DNA of 64,000 nucleotides from Mobula hypostoma (taxonomy: Eukaryota), in assembly GCF_963921235.1 (NCBI RefSeq), contig NC_086104.1, positions 12,710,001 through 12,774,000 of the forward strand, in the 5' to 3' direction. A model generated the notes under the pieces. The model saw only the letters and a program-made list of their open reading frames with translations, was not told the origin of the DNA and did not search any database. Shown piece after piece: positions 39,471-51,495 of this stretch. The first letter of the stretch is position 1. Every line of letters starts with the position of its first letter. The translations under genes and the position numbers were made by a program.

Positions 39471-40657
39471 TTCAAGAACAACCGGGTCTAGTTTCCAACC
39501 CGAATTATTAAATTTCACGTTAATTTCAATAATCGATTTTACTTCCTTCAATTAGCTGAATCAGAAATATGCGTCTGCTTCACTGTGTGAGTGGATTCGG
39601 TCCTACCGGAAAACGGAATCCGCCCGACAGGCGGAGAGAATTGAGATTTTAATCTTCTGCAGGTATTTAAAGTTTGAGGGGGAAAACAGAACCACGAAAT
39701 GATCACATGAATCCTCCCTGGACTGAAATACAAAATATATCTACAAAACATTAACTAAAATCAATAATTAAATTCTTTATCTCTTCCCGCTCCAAGTCAC
39801 TGCGAAATGACAACCGACTGCCGCGATCTCCTTTTACACACAGCCAGAGACCTCAGAATCAGATTTATTATCCCCGGCATGTGCCGTGAAATTTGTTTAA
39901 TTTAGCAGCAGTTCAATAATCTAGAAGAAAATTTAAAAAATAATGAAGTAACTTATTCAGTATACTTTATACAGTAAACTTATATTGAATAGATTAAAAA
40001 TCCTGCAAAAAATAGAAATACTATATATTAAAAAAGTCCAAGGGTCCATTTAGGAATCGGATGGCAGAGCTGTTCCTGAATCGCTGACTGTGTCTTCAGG
40101 CTTCTGTACCTCCTACCTGATGGTAACAGTCAGAAAAGGATATGCCCTGCGTGCCGGAGGTCCTTAATACTGTAATGGACGCTGCCTTTCTGAGACACCG
40201 CTCCCTAAAGATATCCTGGGTACTTTGTAGGCTCACACCCAAGATGGAGTTGCCTAGGTTTACAGCTTTCAGCAGCTTCTTTCGGTCCTGTGTAGTAGCC
40301 CCTCCCAACCCCACCCCCACCATACTAGACAGTGATGTCCCGACCCCACTCCTCTTGAGAATTTTAGTCACTATAACCTGTTTAATTGTGGAACGTTTTA
40401 TGTTGGTTTTCTGGCTGTGAGGCGGGGATTCCCCTCCAGTGTTGCCGACCCACAGACGATATCCCGGTATTTTATGAGAAAGAAACGATCTTTGAACGGA
40501 GCCTGAGGCCGAACACGTTCCGAGTGAGCCTCGGCCCGGACACGCCATGCAGCTTTGATACTAGGGAAACGATTGTTAATGTCAGGTGTGCTGGGGATCC
40601 ATGATTTCGCATCGACATCTGAACCCAGCTCCGGGACAGGAATCACCTGATTTCAGT

Positions 40658-40698
40658 CAGCTCTCTCCTGGGAGATGTGAGTGGCTCTTAGAAGAGCC
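40658..40698 (-). terminator. Histone stem-loop plus HDE (H1)
   Basis: GGCTCTTCTAAGAGCC at 40683-40698 (-); AGAGAGCTG at 40658-40666. Confidence 0.9.
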
Positions 40699-40734
40699 GT
40701 TGGTTTTAAGTCATTACAAGTTGCGTTTTCCTTT

Positions 40735-41370
40735 TTACTTTTTAGCCGCTTTTTGCTTGGTCTTCATAGATTTCGCCTTCGGCTTGGCATTTGAAGACTT
40801 CTTGGCCGCCTTCGCGGCAGTCATCTTCTTGGGGCTCTTGGGCTTCTGCGCAGCCTTCTTGGTCGCCGGTTTCTTCGCGGCCGCTTTTTTAGCCGCTGGT
40901 TTCTTAGCTACCGCTTTTTTAGGCGTTAGTTTCTTAACGCCTTGTTTTTTGGTGGGAGATTTCTTAGCCACTCTTTTCTTGGCCGCAGATTTCTTGGCCT
41001 GAGATGTTTTGGCCGCTGGTTTCTTCGCTTTTTTGGCGGTGCTCTCTTTCTTAGCGGCCTTCAAGGAGCCGGAGACACCCGCGCCCTTAGTGTGAACCAG
41101 GGAGCCGCTTTCCAATTTCTTCTTTATGACCATCTTGATCTGGCGATTGAACTTCTCCAGGTCGACGCCGTTGGCGGCTAACTCCTTCTTTATCGCGATG
41201 ACGGACACCCCTCGGCGATTGCGGCAATCCGCCACAATTTTCTCGATTTGTTCGCCTAGCCTGGGGCCGGCTAGCTTGGTGCGGGCGGCCGCCTTCTTCT
41301 TCTTGAGAGCCTTGGTTGCGGCAGCGGGCGCGGCTGGAGGAGCCGATTCGGCGGCTGCAGTCTCGGTCAT
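40735..41370 (-). CDS. H1: Linker histone H1 (211 aa)
   Basis: MTETAAAE N-tail; winged-helix globular domain ending TKGAGVSGSLK; K/A/P-rich tail with S/TPxK motifs; stem-loop downstream. Confidence 0.95.
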   Translation of the reverse strand: MTETAAAESAPPAAPAAATKALKKKKAAARTKLAGPRLGEQIEKIVADCRNRRGVSVIAIKKELAANGVDLEKFNRQIKMVIKKKLESGSLVHTKGAGVSGSLKAAKKESTAKKAKKPAAKTSQAKKSAAKKRVAKKSPTKKQGVKKLTPKKAVAKKPAAKKAAAKKPATKKAAQKPKSPKKMTAAKAAKKSSNAKPKAKSMKTKQKAAKK

Positions 41371-41444
41371 GTCGACGACTCTGCACAAAGTCCCTCTCGG
41401 TCTCAGAACTGGGTGAGAAATGAAGCCAGAGGCGGCCGCGCAGA

Positions 41445-41522
41445 GCAATTTAAAGGCAGCGAGCGGACGGGGCGGAGACATTCTGATGTCAGCTCCTGGC
41501 TGCCCCGTCTCTCTGTGTTTCT
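41445..41522 (-). promoter_or_regulatory. H1 promoter
   Basis: H1 box AAACACA at 41514-41520; GC box at 41469-41477; TTTAAA at 41449-41454. Confidence 0.7.
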
Positions 41523-42014
41523 CTCTCCTCAAAAACTCTCCGATTTCAATTAAAATAGGTCACCCCTGAGACCCAGACCGCTCTCTGTCTGTACCCGAGG
41601 TCAGATTACTTGCTGTAAAGGAAGTTTGGTCCGATTTAAAAGCAGCAGTTTCCATATAAACCAGTTTCACTGCTGCCCAGACTTCGTTTTCTACTGTGAT
41701 CGTCGACATGTTCGCTGTTTCTCGACAGAAATATTGCAACCAACTAAAATTTTGCGATTAATTCCTACTTCAGGATTGAGCTGGGAAGCGAGTGCATCCT
41801 GTCACGGGGAAATATTTCATTTTCCATAGGAGGGGCTGAAAAATCTAGCAACGTGATCGGACTCACAAACACAGTGACTCTACTCTGCGCCGTCCGGTCC
41901 TTTAAACACTCTCTGACTCGATGTTCACAACTGGCACATTCACAGCGCGAACTGTTGACCCGATACGCAGCACCTAGCGCAAGCTTTCCTTTCTGCCGAC
42001 CTTTCTCTCTTACT

Positions 42015-42170
42015 CGCTCTTCTTTCAGTTAGTCCTGACGAAGGGTCTCGGCCCGAAACGTCGACTGTACCTCTTCCTAGAGATGCTGCCTGGCCTGCTG
42101 CGTTCCCCAGCAACTTTGATGTGTGTTGCTTGAAATTCCAGCATCTGCAGATTTCCTCGTGTTTGCGTTT
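42015..42170 (+). mobile_element. PLE terminal-repeat fragment
   Basis: Nearly identical to 12008-12155. Confidence 0.8.
42031..42066 (+). ncRNA. Intact minimal type-I hammerhead ribozyme
   Basis: Stem I AGTC/GACT; core CTGACGA; stem II GGGT/GCCC with CTCG loop; GAAAC-GTC; predicted cleavage after C42062. Confidence 0.8.
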
Positions 42171-42484
42171 CTGCAGATTATCGAGTGTTATTTGTAGATT
42201 CTCATCTCGATAACTGTAAAGGCCCCGAGACCGGCGCTTCTCACAGTCCTGATCCCTAGTTTAGGGTAGGTTTCATCTCCTCCTTACGTGGGCTATATTT
42301 TTAGTTTAACCAGGAGACCAAGATCGTTTGCAATCTCTGACTGTTTGATCAACTACACCCAGCCTCCCTACGTTTCTGTTCAATTCCCCAGTTAATTTCA
42401 CAAATCTGTTCGGGGCTGATGTGGGTGTCACAGACACATCGGATTTGAGACGCGCCATTCACAAAAGCGTAATTGAAGCATAAG

Positions 42485-44460
42485 TTGTAAAAAGTCCCCC
42501 ATGGACTGCTTTTGGGAAGGGTTTAAACTAGATTTGCAGGGGGATGGGAACCAGAGTTCCAGAGCAGATAGTGGAGCGGGGGTGAAAATAAATGATGTTA
42601 AAAGTTCATGCAAAGCCACAAATAGAGGGGTTGTGAGTGGTGGTAATAATCTTCTGAGGTGTGTCTATTTCAGTTCAAGGAGTATTGTGGGGAAGGCTGA
42701 CGAGCTGAGGGCGTGGATTGACACATGGAATTACGACATTATAGCAATTAGTGAAACTTGGCTACAGGAGGGGCAGGACTGGCAGTTTAATGTTCCAGGG
42801 CGACGTTTCAGACGTGATGGAGGCAGAGGAATAAGGGTGGGGGAGTGGCATTGCTAGTCAGGGAAAATGTTACAGCAGTGCTCGGGCAGGACAAATTAGA
42901 GGACTCGTCTATCGAGGCCATATGGGTGGAGCTGAGAAACAGGAAAGGTATGACTATATTAATGGAGTTGTATTATAGACCACCCAATAGTGAGCGAGGG
43001 CAGATCTGTAGAGAGACAGCAGACAACAGCAGGAAACAAAATTGTGATAGAAGCAGATTTTAATTTTCCACATATTGATTGGGATTCCCATACTGTTAAA
43101 GGTCCAGACGGATTAGAGTTTGTAAAATGTGTTCAGGAAAGTTTTCTAAATCAATATATAGAGGTACCAACTAGAGGGGATGCAATATTAGATCTCCTGT
43201 TAGGAAAAGAGTTAGGACAGGTGACCGAAGTGTGTGTAGGGGAACACTTTGGTTCCAGTGATTATAATACCATTAGTTTCAACTTGATCATGGATAAAGA
43301 TATATCTGGTCCTCGGGTTGAGGTTCTAAACTGGAAAAAAGGCCAAATTTGAAGAAATGAGAAAGGGAGGGTCTAAAAAGTGTGGATTGGAACAGGTTGT
43401 TTTCTGGCAAGGATGTGATTGGTAAGTGGGAGGCCTTCAAAGGAGAAATTTTGAGAGTGCAGAGTTTGTATGTTCCTGTCAGGATTAAAGGCAAAGTGAA
43501 TAAGAATAAGGAACCTTGATTCTCAAGGGATATTGGAACTCTGATAAAGAAGAAGAGAGAGATGTATGACATGTATAGGAAACAGGGTACAAACAAGGTG
43601 TTTGAGGAATATAAAAAGTGCAACCTCTTAGCATCCTCCTCACAGCTAACACTGCCACCCAGCTTCGTGTCATCCGCAAACTTGGAGATGCTGCATTCAA
43701 TTCCCTCATCCAAGTCATTAATATATATTGTAAACAACTGGAGTCCCAGCACTGAGCCTTGCGGTACCCCACTAGTCACCGCCTGCCATTCTGAAAAGGT
43801 CCCGTTTATTCCCACTCTTTGCTTCCTGTCTGCTAACCAATTCTCCACCCACACCAATACCTTACCCCCAATACCGTGTGCTTTAAGTTTGCACACTAAT
43901 CTCCTGTGTGGGACCTTGTCAAAAGCCTTTTGAAAATCCAAATATACCGCATCCACTGGTTCTCCCCTATCCACTCGACTAGTTACATCCTCAAAAAATT
44001 CTATGAGATTCGTCAGACATGATTTTCCTTTCACAAATCCATGCTGACTTTGTCCGATCATTTCACCGCTTTCCAAATGTGCTGTTATCACACCCTTGAT
44101 AACTGACTCCAGCAGTTTCCCCACCACCGACGTTAGGCTAACCGGTCTATAATTCCCCGGTTTCTCTCTCCCTCCTTTTTTAAAAAGTGGGGTTACATTA
44201 GCCACCCTCCAATCCTCAGGAACCATTAGAGTAGATAAATCCCCAGGACCTGACAGGGTATTCCCTCAGACCTTGAAGGAGACTAGTGTTGAAATTGCAA
44301 GGGCCCTAGCGGATATATTTAAAATGTCGGTATCTACGGGTGAGGTGCCGGAGGATTGGAGGATAGCAGGTCAGTGGGACTAGGCAGAAAAATGGTTTGG
44401 CCCAGCCAAGAAGGGCCCAAAGGCCTGTTTCTGTGCTGTAATGTTTTATGGTTCTATGGA
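42485..44460 (+). mobile_element. CR1 fragments with an inverted CR1 RT segment at 43620-44223
   Basis: + strand EN motifs (ISETWL, DFNFP, ILDL); - strand RT motifs ([27 protein letters not shown]). Confidence 0.8.
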
Positions 44461-45060
44461 ACTATAGTCTGGAAGGTTGGTTCATATTAGGGAGTCCAGG
44501 GAGAGGTAGATACGTGGATACATAAACACCTGAAGTTAGGAGGCAGAGGGTGATGGTAGGAGATTACTAATTGGACTGGAGGTCTATGTGTAGTGACGTG
44601 TCACGGGGATCGCTGCTGGGCCCATTGCTTTTCATTACTTTGGATGAGACTATACAAGGCACTTGCCATTTTGTCATCCCTAACAGAGAGACATGATTAG
44701 TAAGTCTGCAGATGACACTAAAAGGGGTGGTAGAGTCACAGAACAATACAGCCCTTTGGCCCAACTAGTCCATGCTGACCATGTTTCCCACCCGGATGTG
44801 TTAGGTCCATATCCCTCCAAGTCCATCCTCCCCGTGTACTAATTCCAGTTTAACCACATCTTTTCAATAACACAATAGCCTAAACTGAACGCGAAACCCC
44901 AAATGTAGCCTTAAGCAACTGCAACAGAATGTCCCAACTCCTCTATTAAATGTCCTGACTGATGCTAACACCTCATTCACCACCTGGTCTACTCTAATGC
45001 CCCTTTCAATGAAGAGTGCACTTATGTTCCCCCTCTTCCGTGACACTTCCTAGTTCCTTC

Positions 45061-45806
45061 TGTTACGAACCCGCAGGTTTCTTTAAGAGTGCCTGAGTGA
45101 GACGGGACTATGATGTCAGCCACAGGCTGTCACGGTCTGTGCAGATTAAACACAGAGAGGGAGAGAGACTGGGGAAGCTGGTAGCTTCAGCTTGCTGCAG
45201 CTGAGGATTTGGAACTCTCCTATGCCCACAAGGGTGGGTTAAACATTGGCACACGCTGCACAACGATTATATGTGACTGTCACTTCGTATGATCCACAGG
45301 AGTGGATTCTGGGGATATCTTGTGGACCACTTGTGTAGCCCTTGCCTGGGTATGTTGTGTGGTAACCACTGGAAGATGATATTCCTGTGACAGGTCACTT
45401 TCGGTGATAATTCGTATGCGGATTTGGAACGACACGATGGACAAGATCTACGGTGACTGTTATCTCGTTTTACCAGCGTGGAACCTGTGGAATACATCGT
45501 ACTTACCTTCTTTCTCCATTACAACATGGATTACAAATATCTCCCTCCCATCATTTATCTCATGGATTACTGAATTTTCCTACTTTACCATCTCAAGACT
45601 CTAAGCCTTGTTCCCCCAAGCTCAATAGTCTGGGAGTTATATTTACACACATATATATACATAATACTGTTAACTTTTGTTTATCTTGGTTCAGTTACTA
45701 TATTATAAGTAGATACTAATAAAGATAGTGGTTTTAACATTAAAACCTGACTCAGTGTGAAATCTCTTGCTGCTGGTTTGTTTCTAAAACGTCACAGTAC
45801 GTAACA
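45061..45806 (+). mobile_element. Solo LTR (746 bp)
   Basis: TGTTACG...CGTAACA termini; AATAAA near 45718; CTTC/CTTA flanks. Confidence 0.8.
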
Positions 45807-46239
45807 CTTACCATTCATTATAAGTCCTACTTTGGTCTGACTTTCCAAACTGCATCACTTCACTGTTATCTGAATAGACATCCAGTTGTCAACCTTCAGC
45901 ACACTTCACTAACTGAGCAAGGTCCCCCTATAATCATCTTCACTATCAAGAATACCTCCTAATTCTGTGTCATCCACAAACTTGTGGATTTGCAGTCAAA
46001 GTTGAATTCTTGATTTCTCAAGTGATCTCATCATGGCCCTTGAACCTTCCTTGATTACACAGAACATAGTGCAGTAGATCACAGGCCCCTTGGCTCACAA
46101 TGTTGTGCTGCACTAATTAAACTAGTAATTAAATGTTGAACTAAGCTAATCCCTTCTCTTTACACTGTGCCCTTATCCCTCCACACTCTGCACATCCATG
46201 TGCCGATCTAAGAGGTTACTAAATAGACCTTTGACCAGC

Positions 46240-48470
46240 GGTCAATCGGCATTTTAGACTAATTAACAAGAGCAAATTAAAGGAAGCCAGAGGCAAGCAC
46301 ATCAGCCATCGTCTGAGTGGACGCATTCAGAGTGGTGATCTTACGGCTTTAGCTCTCCAAGACTTCAGTGAAGAGTGGCTTCACTCAGAGAAAGCAAAGG
46401 AAAGAAAAGCTCATGTTTTTTTTCCTTCTCTTCTTTATATCTGTTCTGCTAGATAGAGATGACAGGCAGGATAGTGTAATGCTCCTCTTGCGGGATGTGG
46501 GAAGGTAGGGAGACTTTCAATATCCCCGACCACTACAACTGTGAGAAGTGCATCCCGCTGCAACTTCTAACAAACTGCGTTAAGGAGTTGGAGCTGGAAC
46601 TGGATGAATTCTGGATCATTTTGAGGCTGAAGGGATGATAGATAGGACATGTAGAGAGGTAGTTACATCCCAGATGCAGGGTATAGAAAGCTGGGTGTCC
46701 GTCAGGAAGGGAAAAGGGGTCAAAGAGCCAGTGCAGAGTATCCCTGTGGCCAACCCCCTCAACAACAGATATGTCACTTGGATACAGTCAAGGGGGATGA
46801 CCTAACAGAGGGAAGTCACAGTGGCTGGGTCTCTGGCACTGAGTCTGCATCTTTGACTCAGAAGAAAAGGTGATTCATTAGTTAGCAGAAAGGACAGGAG
46901 GTTCTGTGGACGACAACGAGTTTCTGGGATGGTATGTTACCTCCCAGGTGCCAGGGTCTGGGATATTTTGGACTGAGTCCTCAGAATCCTTAAGTGAGAG
47001 GGTGAACAGTCTGAAGTCGTGGTCCATGTAGGTACCAATGACATGGGTAGGACAAGCGACAGGGTTCTACATAGGGAGTTCAGGAAGTAGGTGCTAAGTT
47101 AAAGGGCAGAACCTCCAGGGTTGTGATCTCAGGATTTCTACCCACGCCACGTGCTGATGAGGTTAGAACTAGGAAGATTATGCAGTTTAATATGTGGATA
47201 AGGAGTCGGTGTAGGAGGGAGGGAATAAGATTTTTGGATCTTTGGGCTTTCTTCCAGGGAAGTTAAGATCTGTAGAAAAGAGATGGTTTGCACCTGAACA
47301 GCAGGGGGACTAATATCCTAGTGGAAACGGTTGTTAATGCTGCATGATGGAGTTTAAACTAGAGTTGTAGAGGGATGGGAATCAGAGTCCCAGAGCTGTT
47401 GGTGGAGAGGTTGTAGAGGCAGATGTTGGTAAGGGCTCAGACAGTTAGTAATCGAAAGGGTGCATCCAGTATATGGAATAAGGTAGATGAACTTTTAGCA
47501 CAGTTGCAGATTGGCAGGTATGATATTGTATCATTGCTGAAAGATTATAGCTGGGAACTTAATGTCCAAGGATACACATTTTATCAGAAGGATAGGCAGG
47601 AAGGTGGGGTGGGGGGGTGGTGGCATTACTCTGTTGGTAAAAAAAGAAATCAAATCATTGGAATGAGGTGACATAGAGTTGGAAGGTGTTGAATCTTTGT
47701 GGATCGAGCTAAGGAACTGCAAGGGTAAAAGGACCCTGATGGGAGTTGTATAAAGACCCCCAAACAATAGTAAGGATGTGGTGTACAAATTACAATGGGA
47801 GATAGAAAATGCATGTAAAAAGGGCAATGTTACAATAGTCATGTGGGACCAATGCAGGTAGATTTGGAAAATCAAGTTGGTGCTGCATTACAGGAAGGGG
47901 GATTTCTAGACAGCCAATGAGATGGGTTTTTTAGAGTAGCTCATGGTTGATCTCACTAGAGTATCAACTATTTTGGATTGGGTGCCTTACGATGAACAAG
48001 AATTGATTAGTGGGCTAAAGGTAAAAGAATCCTTGTCAGAAAGTGGTCATAACAGTGAGGCATGAGAGAAGAGTTGGCCAGAATTGATTGGAAAAGAACA
48101 CTGGCAGGGATGATGGCAGAGCAGCAATGGCTGGAATTTCTGGAAACAATTTAAATGGCTCAGGATATATACACCCCAAAGAGAAAATAGTATTCTAAAG
48201 GAAAGACACAACCCTAACAACAGAAGTCAAAGCCAAGATAAAAGCCAAAGAAGGGACATATAATACAGCAAAGATTGTTGGGAAGTTAGAGGATTAGGAA
48301 AATTTTAAAAACTAACAGAAGCCAACTAAAATAGTCATTAAGGAGGTAAAGATGGAATATAAAAGTAAGCTAGCCAGTAACACTAAAGAAGATACCAAAG
48401 GTTTCTTCAGATACATTAAGTGTAAAAGAGAGGTGAGAGTGTATAATGATGCTGGAGAGATAGTAATGAT
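46240..48470 (+). mobile_element. Degraded CR1 5' region (ORF1 plus EN)
   Basis: Similar to 22990-24300 (tgttacctcccaggtgccagggtc; catgtaggtaccaatgac). Confidence 0.7.
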
Positions 48471-49684
48471 TGTAAAACCTTGTGTATATATAAATCGGTT
48501 TATTAAGCATTCTTGGTCATTTAAATAATCCATTATTGTTATATGTATAAATATGTGAATTGCATATGTCACTATGCTATCACGTGAAACATGATCACCT
48601 CACTTAAAGTAAACACAAATTTCGATATGCATTTTGGACTCCCATGTCTTTGTTTGACTTAGTTTAATGTTTTGAAGTTACAAAGTATAACAGGAACCAA
48701 TATCCATGAAGGAAGGTTTGCTAGTGATGTATGTTTGGGAGGGTGGGAGTGGGGGCGGGGGAAGAAGAAAGATTGGAGGTTTATACTCCTGATCATCGTT
48801 CTTTCACTGTCACAGAGTTCCACAGCATGCTAACAGGCCCTTTTGCCCATCTCGCCCATACTGACCATCATGTACATCCCAGCTAGTCCCTCTTGCCTGC
48901 ACTTGGCCCTTTTCCCTTTAAATCAGGAGTTCCCAACCTGGGGTCCACGGGACCCTCATTAATGTTAGGGGTCCATGGCATAAAGAAAGTTGTAAACGCC
49001 TTCTATCCATGGACCTGTCTTCTACTCATGAACCTGCCCCTTATGTTTTCTGTAACATTCTAATAGTTTTTTTTTATTCTTGTGGGCATTCACAGTAAGT
49101 ACAAAGAAACTATATATAATCTTTGGAAAAAAAATTCCACACAGAGGGACAAACAAACTAATGTGCAAATGCCAATAATTTGTGCAAATACAAAAATAAA
49201 ATAAATAAATAGATAGATAGATACTGAGGACACGAGTTGCAGAGTCCTTGAAAGTGAGTCCAAAGGCTGTGGAATCGGTTTAGTGTTCGGGTGAGTGAAG
49301 TTATACTTGCTGGTTCAAGGGCCTGATGGTTGAAGACTAATAGTGGTTCCCAAGTCCTACGGTGTAGGACCTAAGGCTCCTGTACCTCCTTCTGGATGGC
49401 AGGGGTGAGAAAAGAGCCTGGATAGTGTTTGTGATAATGGATACTGCTTTCCTGTGAGAGTGTTCCTTCTGATGTGCAAGGAATCTATGTTCATATTTGT
49501 TTATTTCTGCTTTATTTTTTGGCAGGCTTTTTAAATTGAAAGTCCCTTTGGAAAAATAGAAGATACACTCAATGGCCACTTTATTAGGTACAACTGCCTG
49601 TTAGTGCAAACATCTAATCAACCAAACATAGAGCAGTAACTCAATGCATAAAAGCATGCAGACATGGTCAAGAGGCTCAGTTGT

Positions 49685-50920
49685 GACCTATCGCCACAAT
49701 AGGTCAATGGCAGATGCAATCTCAATGGCTCTCCACACGGCTTTAGACACCCTGGACAACACAAACTCCTACGTCAGGATGCTGTTCATTGACTATAGCT
49801 CAGCATTTAATACCATCATTCCCACAATCCTGATTGAGAAGTTGCAGAACCTGGGCCTCTGTACCTCCCTCTGCAATTGGATCCTCAACTTTCTAACCCG
49901 AAGACCACAATCTGTGCAGATTGGTGATAATATCTCCTCCTCGCTGACAGTCAACACTGGCACACCTCAGGGGTGTGTGCTTAGCCCATTACTCTACTCT
50001 CTATATACACATGACTGTGTGGCTAGGCATAGTTCAAATACCATCTATAAATTTGCTGACAATACAACCCATTGTTGGTAGAATCTCAGGTGGTGACAAG
50101 AGGGCATACAGGAGTGAGATATGCCAACTAGTGGAGTGGTGCCGCAGCAACAACCTGGCACTCAACGTCAGTGAGACGAAAGAGCTGACTGTGGACTTCA
50201 GGAAGTGTAAGACGAAGGAGCACACACCAATCCTCATAGAGGGATCAGAAGTGGACAGAGTGAGCAGCTTCAAGTTCCTGGGTGTCAAGATCTCTGAGGA
50301 TCTAACCTGGTCCCAACATATTGATGTAGTCATAAAGAAGGCAAGACAGCAGCTATACTTTATTAGGAGTTTGAAGAGATTTGGCATGTCAACAAATACA
50401 CTGAAAAACTTCTGTAGTTGTACTGTGGAGAACATTCTGACAGGTATGGAGGGGCTACTGTACAGGACCAACGAAAGCTGCAGAAGGTTGTAAATCTAGT
50501 CAGCTCCATCTTGGGTACTAGCCTACAAAGTACCCAGGACATCTTTAGGAAGCGGTGTCTCAGAAAGGCAGCATCCATTATTAAGGACCTCCAGCACCCA
50601 GGGCATGTCCTTTTCTCACTGTTACCATCAGATAGGAGGTGCAGAAGCCTGAAGGCACACACTCAGCGATTCAGGAACAGATCCTTCCCCTCTGCCAAAT
50701 GGACATTGAAATTTTGGACACTACCTCACTTTTTAAAAAATATATATTATTTGTTTTTTTTACAACTTCGTTTTAATCTATTCAATATACATAATTGATT
50801 TACTTGTTTATTTACTATTATTTTTTTTCTCTGCTAGATTATGTATTGCATTGAACTGCTGCTGCTAAGTTAACATTTTTCATGTCACACGCCGGTGATA
50901 ACAAATCTGATTCCGATTCT
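49685..50920 (+). mobile_element. Rex1/Babar-like LINE 3' part
   Basis: [28 protein letters not shown]; (ATTCYG)n tail; TSD GTTGT. Confidence 0.85.
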
Positions 50921-51257
50921 GTTGTTCAGACCAAATGTCAGAATGGGGGAGAAATATGATCTAAATGACTTTGTCTATGGAATAACTGTTGCTGGCAGAT
51001 GGGGTGGTTTGAGATCTCAGAAACAGCTGATCTTCTGCGGTTTTCGCCCACAACAATCTCTGGAGTTTATAGAGAATGGTGCAAAAAAATCCAATATGCG
51101 CAGTTCTGTGGGCAGAAAGAGAGGTCAGAGGAGAATGGTCAGACTGGTTCAAGCTGACGGGAAGGTGACAGTAACTCAGATAACCAGGCATTACATCAGT
51201 GGTGTGCAGAAGCACAGCTGTGATTGCACATGTCGAACCATGAGTGCTGGGCTACAG

Positions 51258-51495
51258 TAGTGTAGTAGTTAGCACGTTTTACAGTACAGGCAACCGGGGT
51301 TCAATTCCCATCACTGCCTGTAAGGGGTTTGTACATTCTCCCAGTGACCACTCCGGTTTCCTTCTACAGCCCTGGTTGGTAGGTTAATAGGTCATTGTAA
51401 ATTGTTCTGTGAGTAGGCTAGGATTAAATCAGGGATTGTTGGGTGGTGTGACTCGAAGGGCCGGAAAGACTAATTCTATGCTGTATCAATAAAAA
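51258..51495 (+). mobile_element. tRNA-derived SINE
   Basis: A-box-like tagtgtagtagttag; B-box ggttcaattcc; A-rich tail. Confidence 0.55.

Noticed and set aside
48471-48692. Short TG...CA segment as a solo LTR
   Set aside because: No TSD and the flanks are not continuous; insufficient support.
51258-51320. tRNA gene
   Set aside because: A/B-box-like head continues into a SINE body; no cloverleaf could be built.
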